A DNA stretch of 64,000 nucleotides from positions 1,706-65,705 of the forward strand of contig JACQPY010000012.1 in NCBI GenBank assembly GCA_016207275.1, written 5' to 3'. The notes beneath the pieces were generated by a model. It did no database searches. It had not been told where the DNA came from and saw nothing but the letters and a program-made list of their open reading frames with translations. Shown one piece after another: positions 24,962 to 34,767 of this stretch. The DNA comes from Candidatus Kerfeldbacteria bacterium. Lineage in GTDB: Bacteria > Patescibacteriota > Patescibacteriia > SBBC01. Position 1 is the first letter of the stretch. Each line of letters starts with the position of its first letter. The position numbers and the translations under genes were made by a program.

Positions 24962-27900
24962 ATGGGCCGCCGGTCAACCTATCTCTGTCTTGCCTCAGTC
25001 GCCGCCCTGTCGACCGCGATGGTGCTGCTGTGGTCGACCTCCGCTCGGGCTTTGACGATTACGCCCATGCCGCCGACGGCGACCCAAGTCTCGCCAACGC
25101 AGGAGACGATTACCTGGCAGACTGACGCGACGACCACCTCCGACCAGGTCCAGTACGGATTGAGCTACAGCCTGCAGTGGACCGCCAAGCAGCTGAGCAT
25201 TAGCGGCTCGCCGCGAAATGAAACAGTGGTCGGGGTTAAGGCGGTCAACGCGCAGCGCGCATTCGTTGCAACTGCCCCGACCGGCGGGACGTCGGTGCTG
25301 TACGAAACCACAAACGGCGGAACCAGCTGGACCGAGCGGTGGTCGTACACACTCGAATCGCCGGGAGCGCTCGAAGTCGACGTGCCGGCTAACCGAGTGT
25401 ACGTCGGCACGGCCAATGGATTCGTCCATGTTTTGACGTTAAGCGGTAGCTCGGTGGCGCAGTGCGACACGCAGCTGGGCATTACCGATATGGCCCTGGC
25501 CAACAGAAAGTTGTGGGTAGTGGGGCTCGGAACGACCACGGTCAAAGAAGTTGATCCGGCCAGCTGCGCCGTCGTTAACCACGCCGTCAACCTCAGCGCG
25601 GTTGATCCGTCGGCGACCTACCTGACTGACATCGCCGCGATAACTATCGGTGGTACCACGACGCTGTGGGTGACGAGCAACGACGTATCGATCGCCACCT
25701 CGACCAACAGCGGTTCAACCTGGAGTACGGCCGTGCTCGGCACGCCTGGCTCGCCGCTGGGCTTCGAGGACATCGGGGCGGTTTCGAACGCTCGCGCCTA
25801 CGCGGTCGGCCGGAACGGCGGCATCTACCTGTACAGCGGCGGAACGTGGAGCGTCGCGCCGACGACAACCAGCCTTGACTTTTTGAGCCTCGGCGTGGGC
25901 AGCGACAGCAAGATTTTCGCCTTCGGCTGCTGCACCGGTGGGTTCGATTACTACTCGTTTAGCGGCGACGGCAGCAGCTGGTCGTCATTGGTGACGATGG
26001 CGACCAGCACCAATGCGCTGGCCGCTTCATTTGTTACGCCCAACGTCGGATGGCTGGGCGGTTTTTCCGGCCGGCTGGCGTTGCACAGCGTCGCTTACCC
26101 GAGCAGCACGCCGGCCAGCAACGGGACGAACCACACGGCTACGGTGAGCGGTCTGCAGGAGGCGACCTACTACCACGCCAGTGCTATTTCGAATACCTCG
26201 ACCCAAACCGCCGAGTCAGGTAACTTCGCGTTCAAAACGCAGGAACTAACCATTACTGATCCGCTCGGTCCGACGGCCACCACCACCTCGTCGAGTGCGA
26301 CAATTACCTGGAACACGCCGAATCAGGCGAGTTTGGCGGCGGATTCGAGAATATACTTATCGGCCAATCCTGGTTGGCAGTCAACTTCGATTAGCGGGTC
26401 GTCTCTAAGAGGAATCAGCGCCGTTGGTGACGGCGCTTACTTAGTTGGCCAAACCAGTAACGCCATTTTTAGAGCCAACGGCCTTGCCCCCAACCCCCCG
26501 TTGAGTTTAATAGCTCCACCCGGCAGAGCAGAAGGAATTGTGATGGTTGGTAATCGCGGGTGGGCGGTCGGACAGAACTTTATCATGCGGACGAATGACG
26601 CCGGAGCAATTCACGACGGAACGTCATGGGTGAGCCAATCGAATGGCGTTCCCTCCAGCACGTATTTCACCAACGTGACCGCTATTGACGATCAACACGC
26701 TTGGGTAGTCGGCGATAATATTATCCTCCGAACCACTGACGGAGGAAGTAATTGGAACACCGTCCTTGCTCCGCTCCGGGTCTTGTATGATACCGCAGTC
26801 GTTGACGCCCTGACGTTGGTGGCGGCCGGTGATAATGGTTATATTCACCGTAGTACCGATAGCGGGGCAACCTGGACGCAGCTTCCAAGAACATTGCCTG
26901 ACGCTGCCGTTTTTGGGTTGAGTTTTGCCAGCGCAACTGCGGGGTGGGCGGCTGGGTTTGGCGGAGTAATTGGTCAGAGTATCGATGGAGGAAAAACATG
27001 GTCGGAACCATTCAACGCTACCTCCTGTGGATTTAATACAACCACGTTCTACGATGTCGCCGCGATTTCCCCGAACGACGTGTGGTTCGTCGGAAGTGGC
27101 GGAAAAGTACTCCATTGGACTGGCGCCGGTTCGTGCCCCCAGACTGTTTTAATTGGTACCGCCACAAATTTGCGAAGCGTCGATGTTGATGGAGCGAATG
27201 TCTGGATAACTGGGGAAAATGGATTAGTCGCGCGGTACGGAGTCGATACAGCCAGCTCCAGCTATCGTTCACTCACTGATGCTTCGCTAACCCGGGCTCA
27301 TTCTTTGACCGTTAATGTTCCACCCCTTACCCCCAACACCACCTACAACTATTTTGTCCAATCCTACGACGCGGCCGGCTACACCGCCGTCAGTCCATTA
27401 AAAACATTTACTACCCAGGCCGTTCCGCAGCTTCAGGTAACACCGTCAAGCCTAAGCTTTACCGCGACGCAGGGACAAAATCCGGCGCCGCAGACCTTCC
27501 TCGTCAAAGACCAGAACAACGGCAACATCGGCGGGTGGAATCTAAGTTCAACCACCGCCTGGTTATCGTCCCCCGGCGCGGTCACACCGACCAGCGGGCC
27601 GGGCACGCCGTCCGATACGGTCAGCGTCACCCCGAACGTGGCCGGTCTTACGGTTGGGACGTACACTGGCACGGTCACCGTCAACGCCACTGATCCAGGC
27701 GTCGATCCGACCTCGACGCCGAAGACGGTTAACGTCTCATTGACGATCACGCCGCCGCCCAAGCTGACGGTATCGAGCACCTCGTTGTCGTTTACCGCCC
27801 AAGAGAACGGCTCGGCGCCCGGCCTCCAGACAGTGGACGTGACTAATGGCGGGGGCGGAACACTGACCTACACTACCGACACCGGCGGTACGACCTGGCT

Positions 27901-30118
27901 CAGCGCCACGCCGAACGTGCCGCCCGACGGCGCCAACCGGTACGCGACGCCGAGTAAAGTTAACGTGGCACCGACCACGACGGCCTTGGCGCCGGGCACC
28001 TACAACGCCACCATCACCCTTGACGGCGGCCCGGGTGTGGACAGCTCGCCGCAGCCGATCGCAGTAACCTACGTCATTACCGCCGCGCCGCGCTTACAAC
28101 TGACGCCCGGACCAAACCCGACTTTGGCGTTCACCGCCACCCAGTCGTCGGGAACCGACCCGGCGCCGCAGGACGTGGTCGTGCAGAACGCCGGCGGCGG
28201 GGCGATCACCTGGACGGCGACGAACCCGGTCAGCTGGATTACGTTGACTAATTCAAGTGACGGCAACGGGCCGACGACGATGCGGATTCAAGTGCGTAAT
28301 GTCCTGGCCGCCGGCGACTACACCGCCGCCATCACCGTCACCGCCACGACCGGCGGCGGGTCAGTCGTCGACAGCCCGCAAACCATTGCCGTCCAGTTCC
28401 ACGTTGACCCGGCGCCGGTGCTGTCGGTCAGCAAGTCCAGCCTGACGTTCACCACCACGCAGGGTACGAACCCGCCGGAACAAACGTTCATCGTTCAGAG
28501 CGGCGCGCCGGCCGGCTGGAGCGGCACGACCAGCGTCACGCCGCCCTTAAACTGGCTGTCGATCACGCCGACCACCGGCACCAACTACAATGACCCGAAT
28601 GATCCGGTGCACGTCCGGGTTGACGTCGCTGGCTTGGCCGTCGGTACCTACGCCGGCACGATCACCATCAGTTCGTCCGGCGCCGTGCCTTCCTCGATGA
28701 CCATCAATGTGACCTTGAACGTCACGGCGCCGCCAGTGCTCGACGTTAATCCGCGTTCGATCACGGTGACCACCGATGAGGGCACGACCGCCACGACTCA
28801 GCTTGGAATCTTCAACAACGGCGGGGCGGGCACGACCATGAACTGGGATATGGCCCAGCCGGCCGCCACCTGGGTTCGTTTATCGTTGACCGCCAGCTGC
28901 GCTGGTCCGTTCGGACCGATCAGCGGCGCGTTGGTCGGCGGACAGTCGGTCGTGGTCACGGTCTGTATCGACACGGTCAATCCGACGCTGTTGACGCCGG
29001 CGGCGTATGCTTCGACGCTGACCATCAACGCGCCGGGCGCGCAACCGGCGGCTGCCGGCGTCAACAACGTCCCGGTGACGCTGAACGTTCTGGCCGACAC
29101 CACCGGTCCGACGGTCGTCGCTGGCAGTATCATCATCGACGCCGACGGCGTGTGCGTCGGCGGCGGTCCGCCGTACTACTTCGGCCGAATCAAGTGGCAA
29201 ACCAGCGAACCAGCCGACTCGCGCGTCGAGTGGGGTGAGCAATTAGTGAGCGGAGTTCCGCCGTATGAACTCGGCTCACTGGTGAGGCCGGAGGGTCTCG
29301 ATACCGCGGCCCACACAGGCGGGGTGGTTGATCACGAGGTCATACTCGATAACTTAAACGGCATTGTCGGCGGCCACACCTACTACGTTCGGTTAACTTC
29401 AATGGATCGGTACCGCAATGTTAGTCCCTGGACCGACCACTTTGAGGTCCCACGCAGCAACGAATTCTTGAGCTTCACCGTGCCGAATGCCTGCGATACT
29501 ACGCCGCCGACCAACGTGATTCTGACCGTGCCGCCGGGCACCCTGTCGGGAACGGTCAACGTCAACCTCAGCGCCGAAGACCAGTCGCGGATTGATCGCT
29601 TTGAAATCTATGAGGGGTTAACGCCCGGTCGTTCGGTGGTGGCCACGGTAGCCGTTCCGGCCGCCGCCTGCTTCTCGACCGGACCGACCTTCAGCTGCAG
29701 CGTCACCTACGCGCTTGATACACGCCTGCTGCCTGACGGTCAGGCCCAACTGTACGCCCGGGCCTTCGACCTGGCCGGGAACTCGGCCGATTCGCCCAAC
29801 GTGGCGATTACCGTGAACAATGCCGTGCCGCGGGTGTCGAACGTCAAGGCCGTCCCGTCAGTACTGGCTAACGGCCTGTGGCAGGCGCTCGTTACCTGGG
29901 ACACTGATCTGCCGTCGAACTCGCTGGTGGACTACGGCATGGAAGACGACGACGGCAACTTCAACGGCTACACCGATCAGCAAAGTCCTGATGACAGCGG
30001 TCGGAACGACCTGATCGCCGGTCATCAAGTGACCCTGACCAATTTGCCGGCCGGCCACATCTTCCACTACCGCGTGACCTCCTGCTCATCGGCTAACCCG
30101 ACCTTGTGCGGAAACTAA
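24962..30118 (+). CDS. Giant (1718 aa) secreted protein: signal peptide, BNR/Asp-box beta-propeller region, then multiple Ig-like/BACON-like beta-sandwich repeats
   Basis: Signal peptide MGRRSTYLCLASVAALSTAMVLLWSTSARA. At least five S-x-D-x-G-x-T-W Asp-boxes (TTNGGTSW, STNSGSTW, TTDGGSNW, STDSGATW, SIDGGKTW). Repeated ~90-aa units with an L-x-V-S-x-S-S-L-S-F-T...W-L-S...G-T-Y-T-G-T-V-T-V pattern. Confidence 0.7.
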   Translation: MGRRSTYLCLASVAALSTAMVLLWSTSARALTITPMPPTATQVSPTQETITWQTDATTTSDQVQYGLSYSLQWTAKQLSISGSPRNETVVGVKAVNAQRAFVATAPTGGTSVLYETTNGGTSWTERWSYTLESPGALEVDVPANRVYVGTANGFVHVLTLSGSSVAQCDTQLGITDMALANRKLWVVGLGTTTVKEVDPASCAVVNHAVNLSAVDPSATYLTDIAAITIGGTTTLWVTSNDVSIATSTNSGSTWSTAVLGTPGSPLGFEDIGAVSNARAYAVGRNGGIYLYSGGTWSVAPTTTSLDFLSLGVGSDSKIFAFGCCTGGFDYYSFSGDGSSWSSLVTMATSTNALAASFVTPNVGWLGGFSGRLALHSVAYPSSTPASNGTNHTATVSGLQEATYYHASAISNTSTQTAESGNFAFKTQELTITDPLGPTATTTSSSATITWNTPNQASLAADSRIYLSANPGWQSTSISGSSLRGISAVGDGAYLVGQTSNAIFRANGLAPNPPLSLIAPPGRAEGIVMVGNRGWAVGQNFIMRTNDAGAIHDGTSWVSQSNGVPSSTYFTNVTAIDDQHAWVVGDNIILRTTDGGSNWNTVLAPLRVLYDTAVVDALTLVAAGDNGYIHRSTDSGATWTQLPRTLPDAAVFGLSFASATAGWAAGFGGVIGQSIDGGKTWSEPFNATSCGFNTTTFYDVAAISPNDVWFVGSGGKVLHWTGAGSCPQTVLIGTATNLRSVDVDGANVWITGENGLVARYGVDTASSSYRSLTDASLTRAHSLTVNVPPLTPNTTYNYFVQSYDAAGYTAVSPLKTFTTQAVPQLQVTPSSLSFTATQGQNPAPQTFLVKDQNNGNIGGWNLSSTTAWLSSPGAVTPTSGPGTPSDTVSVTPNVAGLTVGTYTGTVTVNATDPGVDPTSTPKTVNVSLTITPPPKLTVSSTSLSFTAQENGSAPGLQTVDVTNGGGGTLTYTTDTGGTTWLSATPNVPPDGANRYATPSKVNVAPTTTALAPGTYNATITLDGGPGVDSSPQPIAVTYVITAAPRLQLTPGPNPTLAFTATQSSGTDPAPQDVVVQNAGGGAITWTATNPVSWITLTNSSDGNGPTTMRIQVRNVLAAGDYTAAITVTATTGGGSVVDSPQTIAVQFHVDPAPVLSVSKSSLTFTTTQGTNPPEQTFIVQSGAPAGWSGTTSVTPPLNWLSITPTTGTNYNDPNDPVHVRVDVAGLAVGTYAGTITISSSGAVPSSMTINVTLNVTAPPVLDVNPRSITVTTDEGTTATTQLGIFNNGGAGTTMNWDMAQPAATWVRLSLTASCAGPFGPISGALVGGQSVVVTVCIDTVNPTLLTPAAYASTLTINAPGAQPAAAGVNNVPVTLNVLADTTGPTVVAGSIIIDADGVCVGGGPPYYFGRIKWQTSEPADSRVEWGEQLVSGVPPYELGSLVRPEGLDTAAHTGGVVDHEVILDNLNGIVGGHTYYVRLTSMDRYRNVSPWTDHFEVPRSNEFLSFTVPNACDTTPPTNVILTVPPGTLSGTVNVNLSAEDQSRIDRFEIYEGLTPGRSVVATVAVPAAACFSTGPTFSCSVTYALDTRLLPDGQAQLYARAFDLAGNSADSPNVAITVNNAVPRVSNVKAVPSVLANGLWQALVTWDTDLPSNSLVDYGMEDDDGNFNGYTDQQSPDDSGRNDLIAGHQVTLTNLPAGHIFHYRVTSCSSANPTLCGN

Positions 30119-30122
30119 TCGT

Positions 30123-33100
30123 ATGACCGTCCGACCTTGGCCACGATCGAAGATTAATCACCGGGCGTTTGTCCGCAGGCTACTTATTGCTTCCGCGACA
30201 ATGATTGTTGGGGTAGCGACAATATTCTCGTTGGTGCGAGTGGCCGCGATCCCAGACGCGGCCGAAGCGCGACAGTGTTTACCAGGTCAAGGTTACTGCC
30301 CGACCAGCCCGACCTCTCGGGTTTGTGACGGCGACTGCTACGGCAACCAGCGGTGCGTGGCTGAGCCGTTTGAAACCGTCGGTACGTTGGTGCCGGATTC
30401 GACATGCAGCGGTTCGACCACCCTGACCATTTCTAACGTCAGTCACGGCACGCCGGGGTCTGACCGAGCGACCATCACCTGGACGACTAACCTGGCCGCC
30501 AGCACCGAGCTTCGCTACGGCCTGACCAGCTTCCTCGGCTCCACGCAGGTTAATACCGTGCCGAGCTCAACCAGCCATTCAGTCACCATTACCGGCCTGC
30601 AGCCGTCAACCACCTACTATTATCAAGCCTACTCAGAAACCGGTCCTGACCCCGACGACCTGCGCGCGACCAGCAGCCTTCGTAACTTTACCACCTCGAG
30701 CGGCGCGCTCGGCGGGACCTTACCGACCATCGTCCTCGGACCCGAAGAACGGGTCAACATCGATACCGCCCGCATCACCTTCAAGACCAACGTTCCGACC
30801 GCGGCGCTGATTGAGTTCAGCACAGAACCGAACACTCAGCCTGATTCCGGTAATCCCGGCTACAGCCAGGTCTGCGACGCCTCGGCCAACTGCAGTTCGC
30901 CCCCACCGCAGCCGAACGTTTTAAACATCGATCACACCATCAATCTGACGGGCTTATCACAGCCGTCGAGCCCATACTTCTACCGCATCACGATTATTGA
31001 CGCCAACCGCAACGTCTTCGCGCTGCCTGATCGCTTTACCACGACGGCCAGCTCGAACGACTACATCTTTTCCACCGGCGACTGCGACGACGGTACGCCG
31101 CTGCGGCAGTGCAACGCCGATAAAAAGTTCTGCCGACCCGGCAACCGCGACCCGGTTTTCGACTGTCGGCCGAATATCGCCTGTCCCTACACCTGCCCGG
31201 GCGGGTCAACCTGCGCAGAATCCGGCGACTGCATACAAGATCCGGCCCTCGGCACCTCGCCGACCGAGTGCAATCCCAAGTCGTGTTACCTCAAGTGCGA
31301 CGGCAACAGCGGCAGCTTCAGCGGTCGTCGCTGCGGCATTGACGCCGACTGCAACGGCGGCAAGTGCATTGTCGGCTCGTTCACTACGCCGGCCGGGCCG
31401 GGCTGCTACGCCAGCTGGCCGTCGTGCGACGCGAACGTCATCCTGAAAGTCAGGCCCGACCGCGTCTGCGACAAGTGGCTGACCTGCAAGACCTCGCTGC
31501 CGGTGACCAACGCCCAGGGCCAGACCCAAAACCAGTGCTTAGATTTGACCATCTGCGATTCCTTGACGCCGAACGGCCAGTGCAACAACGTCCTCGAAGG
31601 CCGGCAGTGCGACAACGACCCGTTGCGGTTTTGCGCCGACGATGCTGACTGCCCGGGCGGCCGGTGCTCGCTCGCTAACGAACCGCGGGCCCTGACCTTC
31701 CGCACGCCGGAAGAAGTGTCGCAAATCAGCGGCTTGACCGGCTATTCCGTCGCTGGTCTCGACTGGCATGGCCAGCCGAACTCACTGAAGATTGATGGTT
31801 ACTACCCGCTGTCGGTCGCCAAGCAGGTCGGCACGCGCTTCGACATTCCCAACAGCAATTTCGAGGATTCGGTCGTGGTTCAGCGATGCCAGAACCCTAT
31901 TACGAAGTCGTGCACTCAGGACAACGACTGCACGCCGAGCAAGTGCATTTTCTTGAGCTCGCTGTCGCACCCGAACGTGCGCAACATCTTGGTCGCCGAG
32001 CACTGGGAGCCGGTCAATCCGGTCGGCTCGACCAAGAACGCGGCCGTGACGCTCGACAGTGAGACGTCGAAAACCAGCCCCAACCACATGCTGAAGATTA
32101 CCCCCTCGAACCTGGCTGATTCCGGTGCGCAGACGTCGGCCGGCGTTGAGCTGCGAACGTCTGCTCAGGCTGAGTACCTGCTCAGTTTCCGGATCCGGTC
32201 AGAGCAGAACGAGCAGCCCGTGACGGTCAGCCTGGTCAACCCGACGACCGGCGATCGGCAAGTCCTCGGCGACCTTTTCTTGACCACTGGCTGGCAGGCC
32301 TTGCTGCTCGGTCCGAAAGCGGGCGTCAACGGCGACACCCGAATTGCGTTTACCACGCCGGTCACCGGCGAACCGGTGTCGTTCTGGATTGATGATGTGG
32401 CGATGCTGCCGGCCCTGAAGGTCAGCGATACGAAGTACGTCCCGCAATCCTGCCGTCTCTACCCGAGCGACGGCGCGCCGACCTGCGACTTCACCGACCG
32501 CAACGGTTTGCTGTTTAAAGGATTAAAAGGCTACTGCCTGGAGCGCGACTCGCTCAATTCAGCGATCTGCTTGTCGTGGTGGCCGGTTGACGCAGTCTTT
32601 GGCGACAGCGTGTTTGGGGCGGCTGACCAGGAAGCCGGCTACCGCGACCGCCAGCCGCTCTATGCCTGCGCCGAGGCGGTCGGGCAGTCTTCGAGCTTTA
32701 ACACCGGCGCAACAATATTTACCGGCGTTGACTGCGATGCGGACACGGCCGGTCCAGTGATTGCGCTCTATCCGGGCGGATCCGGAGGGCTATGCAACGA
32801 GCAGCTCGGCCCGTACCGGCCAATGACGACAAAATTCCCTGCAACAGCTGATGCCATTAAATTATACGGCCAAAATTTCGGTGGGCCTTGTAATACGATA
32901 GAAGATAGAGCCGAATGTCGGGACGGTACTCAGCCGGGATTCTGCTTCTGTTCAAAGCTAGGATACGACTCGGGGTTGACAACGCCGTCCGCAACGGATC
33001 AGAAAATACACAAATATGACGTTGAGTACTTCCGTGTCCATATGATGCGGTATAACCAGAACGGCGACAGCACGTGGGACAGAATTGTGCCAATCGCGGG

Positions 33101-34763
33101 GGATATCATTCTCAACGAGGGCAATGGGTGGTTTGCCCGGGCAGGAGCGGACGCATCTAACTGTGCAGGCATGTGGTTTGAACTGAAGTGGGATTCGGTT
33201 GACCAACACCTCACGGGAATCAACTGGGGGGCGCAACGATGCGCAAATAGCAATGAGGCCGCGTCAGGATTCTGGGCTCAAGGTTTGTTCTTCATGAAGG
33301 AGCGCTGCACAAAACTGGTCCAGGTAGCAACTGACGATAGCGTGACAGCCTGGGCAGACCGGACTTCGAACGCAGCGACGTACGTGGTACCCGATCTCAA
33401 CTATCGCTACGTCAATGATTTGGCGCCGTTCGGCACGGCCGCCCCGCGGACCGTTGAAGAGCCGGATGACTGGAATAAGTTTGAGCCGTTGACAGTCCAA
33501 GGACCAGACGTCAGCCGGCCCTCGCCGAATCAAGTGCGAGCCGGCAGCGCCTACGCTTGCAAAGGAAATTGCAGCGGTCGGGTGTGTTCGAACTTGAGCG
33601 GCCGCCAGGCCGGGCAGTTCTGCCTGGATTCCTCCGACTGTTTCGACGACAATGGCACGCCGAAGGATTCAACTGACGACCGTCAGGGCACCTGCGAAGG
33701 CAATGGTTTTTGCGCCACGTACGATGCGGGCACAAAGACCTATGACTTCGACCAGGAAACAGCTAAAGCCTGCACTCGCGGTTACAGCACTGGCACGCGC
33801 TGCGACGCCAACAGCAGCGTCAATAAAGGAGCGACCTGCACGGCTGACGCGGATTGCCAATTTACGACTGGCCGGTGCGTGAATCTGCCAGGCCAACTGC
33901 GTGGCAAATGCGACGGCAACAGCGGCAGCAAGTCTAGCAGTTCGTGTTTCAATGACAGTGAATGCCGCGATACAGCTGGACGCTGCGTCACCGGCGTCTG
34001 TCCAGCTGGCCAGCAATGCTGCAGCCAGCCGAACGAAGAGTGCATTGGCGGCGCAGCCTCGAATCGCGGCACCCAGACGCTGAACTCGTCCGTACCGACG
34101 CTGGCGAGCGGCAGCTACGCCCAGTACAACTTAATGCGCCTGTTTGCCAAAACCTACGGCCTGTGGGAGTGGAACATAACCAGCGGCAAGTACGAGCAAC
34201 AAACATCGTTCAGTTCTTGGAACCCGCCAACGACGCTCTGCAAGGTCTGCTCTGGCGGAGCCGACGCGAACAAAGCCTGCACCGCTGACGGCGATTGCAC
34301 CGGCGGCACCTGCGTAGACGCGGTTCGTCACTCGTCTGAAGCGGTGACGAGCGAACCGACCGCTGACTACTGCGCCATCAAGCCGACCATCACCAACATT
34401 TCCAATCGTGACGTCGCCTCGGTCGTACTCGATGAAGGTGTAACGTACACCTTGCGGTTCAATAGCAACGTTGATCTGGAACAGCGGCCGCTGACCGAGG
34501 TAGCGATTGATTGGGGTGACGGCGATACTACGGTTGACGGCAACTTACGAATTGCCCCGCGCGACGATCCGAATCGGCCGCATGCCTACACTCACGTCTA
34601 CCACTGCGGGCGCAAAGGGATCTGTAATTACCAAGTGAAAGTGCGCATCCGCGACAACTGGGGCTGGTGCGACAACGGGGTGGCTAGTACGCCATGTAAG
34701 CCGACCGTCGGTACCAGCACGGCTGACTGGCAGAACGGCCCGCTCATCCAGGTAGTTCGCTAA
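30123..34763 (+). CDS. Giant (1546 aa) membrane-anchored cysteine-rich surface protein sharing the CxxDxDC-type modules with the 19209 gene
   Basis: N-terminal TM (LLIASATMIVGVATIFSLV). Motifs CADDADCPGGRC, CTQDNDCTPSKC, CTADADCQFTTGRC, CFNDSECRDTAGRC, CTADGDCTGGTC, CGIDADCNGGKC. Confidence 0.7.
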   Translation: MTVRPWPRSKINHRAFVRRLLIASATMIVGVATIFSLVRVAAIPDAAEARQCLPGQGYCPTSPTSRVCDGDCYGNQRCVAEPFETVGTLVPDSTCSGSTTLTISNVSHGTPGSDRATITWTTNLAASTELRYGLTSFLGSTQVNTVPSSTSHSVTITGLQPSTTYYYQAYSETGPDPDDLRATSSLRNFTTSSGALGGTLPTIVLGPEERVNIDTARITFKTNVPTAALIEFSTEPNTQPDSGNPGYSQVCDASANCSSPPPQPNVLNIDHTINLTGLSQPSSPYFYRITIIDANRNVFALPDRFTTTASSNDYIFSTGDCDDGTPLRQCNADKKFCRPGNRDPVFDCRPNIACPYTCPGGSTCAESGDCIQDPALGTSPTECNPKSCYLKCDGNSGSFSGRRCGIDADCNGGKCIVGSFTTPAGPGCYASWPSCDANVILKVRPDRVCDKWLTCKTSLPVTNAQGQTQNQCLDLTICDSLTPNGQCNNVLEGRQCDNDPLRFCADDADCPGGRCSLANEPRALTFRTPEEVSQISGLTGYSVAGLDWHGQPNSLKIDGYYPLSVAKQVGTRFDIPNSNFEDSVVVQRCQNPITKSCTQDNDCTPSKCIFLSSLSHPNVRNILVAEHWEPVNPVGSTKNAAVTLDSETSKTSPNHMLKITPSNLADSGAQTSAGVELRTSAQAEYLLSFRIRSEQNEQPVTVSLVNPTTGDRQVLGDLFLTTGWQALLLGPKAGVNGDTRIAFTTPVTGEPVSFWIDDVAMLPALKVSDTKYVPQSCRLYPSDGAPTCDFTDRNGLLFKGLKGYCLERDSLNSAICLSWWPVDAVFGDSVFGAADQEAGYRDRQPLYACAEAVGQSSSFNTGATIFTGVDCDADTAGPVIALYPGGSGGLCNEQLGPYRPMTTKFPATADAIKLYGQNFGGPCNTIEDRAECRDGTQPGFCFCSKLGYDSGLTTPSATDQKIHKYDVEYFRVHMMRYNQNGDSTWDRIVPIAGDIILNEGNGWFARAGADASNCAGMWFELKWDSVDQHLTGINWGAQRCANSNEAASGFWAQGLFFMKERCTKLVQVATDDSVTAWADRTSNAATYVVPDLNYRYVNDLAPFGTAAPRTVEEPDDWNKFEPLTVQGPDVSRPSPNQVRAGSAYACKGNCSGRVCSNLSGRQAGQFCLDSSDCFDDNGTPKDSTDDRQGTCEGNGFCATYDAGTKTYDFDQETAKACTRGYSTGTRCDANSSVNKGATCTADADCQFTTGRCVNLPGQLRGKCDGNSGSKSSSSCFNDSECRDTAGRCVTGVCPAGQQCCSQPNEECIGGAASNRGTQTLNSSVPTLASGSYAQYNLMRLFAKTYGLWEWNITSGKYEQQTSFSSWNPPTTLCKVCSGGADANKACTADGDCTGGTCVDAVRHSSEAVTSEPTADYCAIKPTITNISNRDVASVVLDEGVTYTLRFNSNVDLEQRPLTEVAIDWGDGDTTVDGNLRIAPRDDPNRPHAYTHVYHCGRKGICNYQVKVRIRDNWGWCDNGVASTPCKPTVGTSTADWQNGPLIQVVR

Positions 34764-34767
34764 GGCC

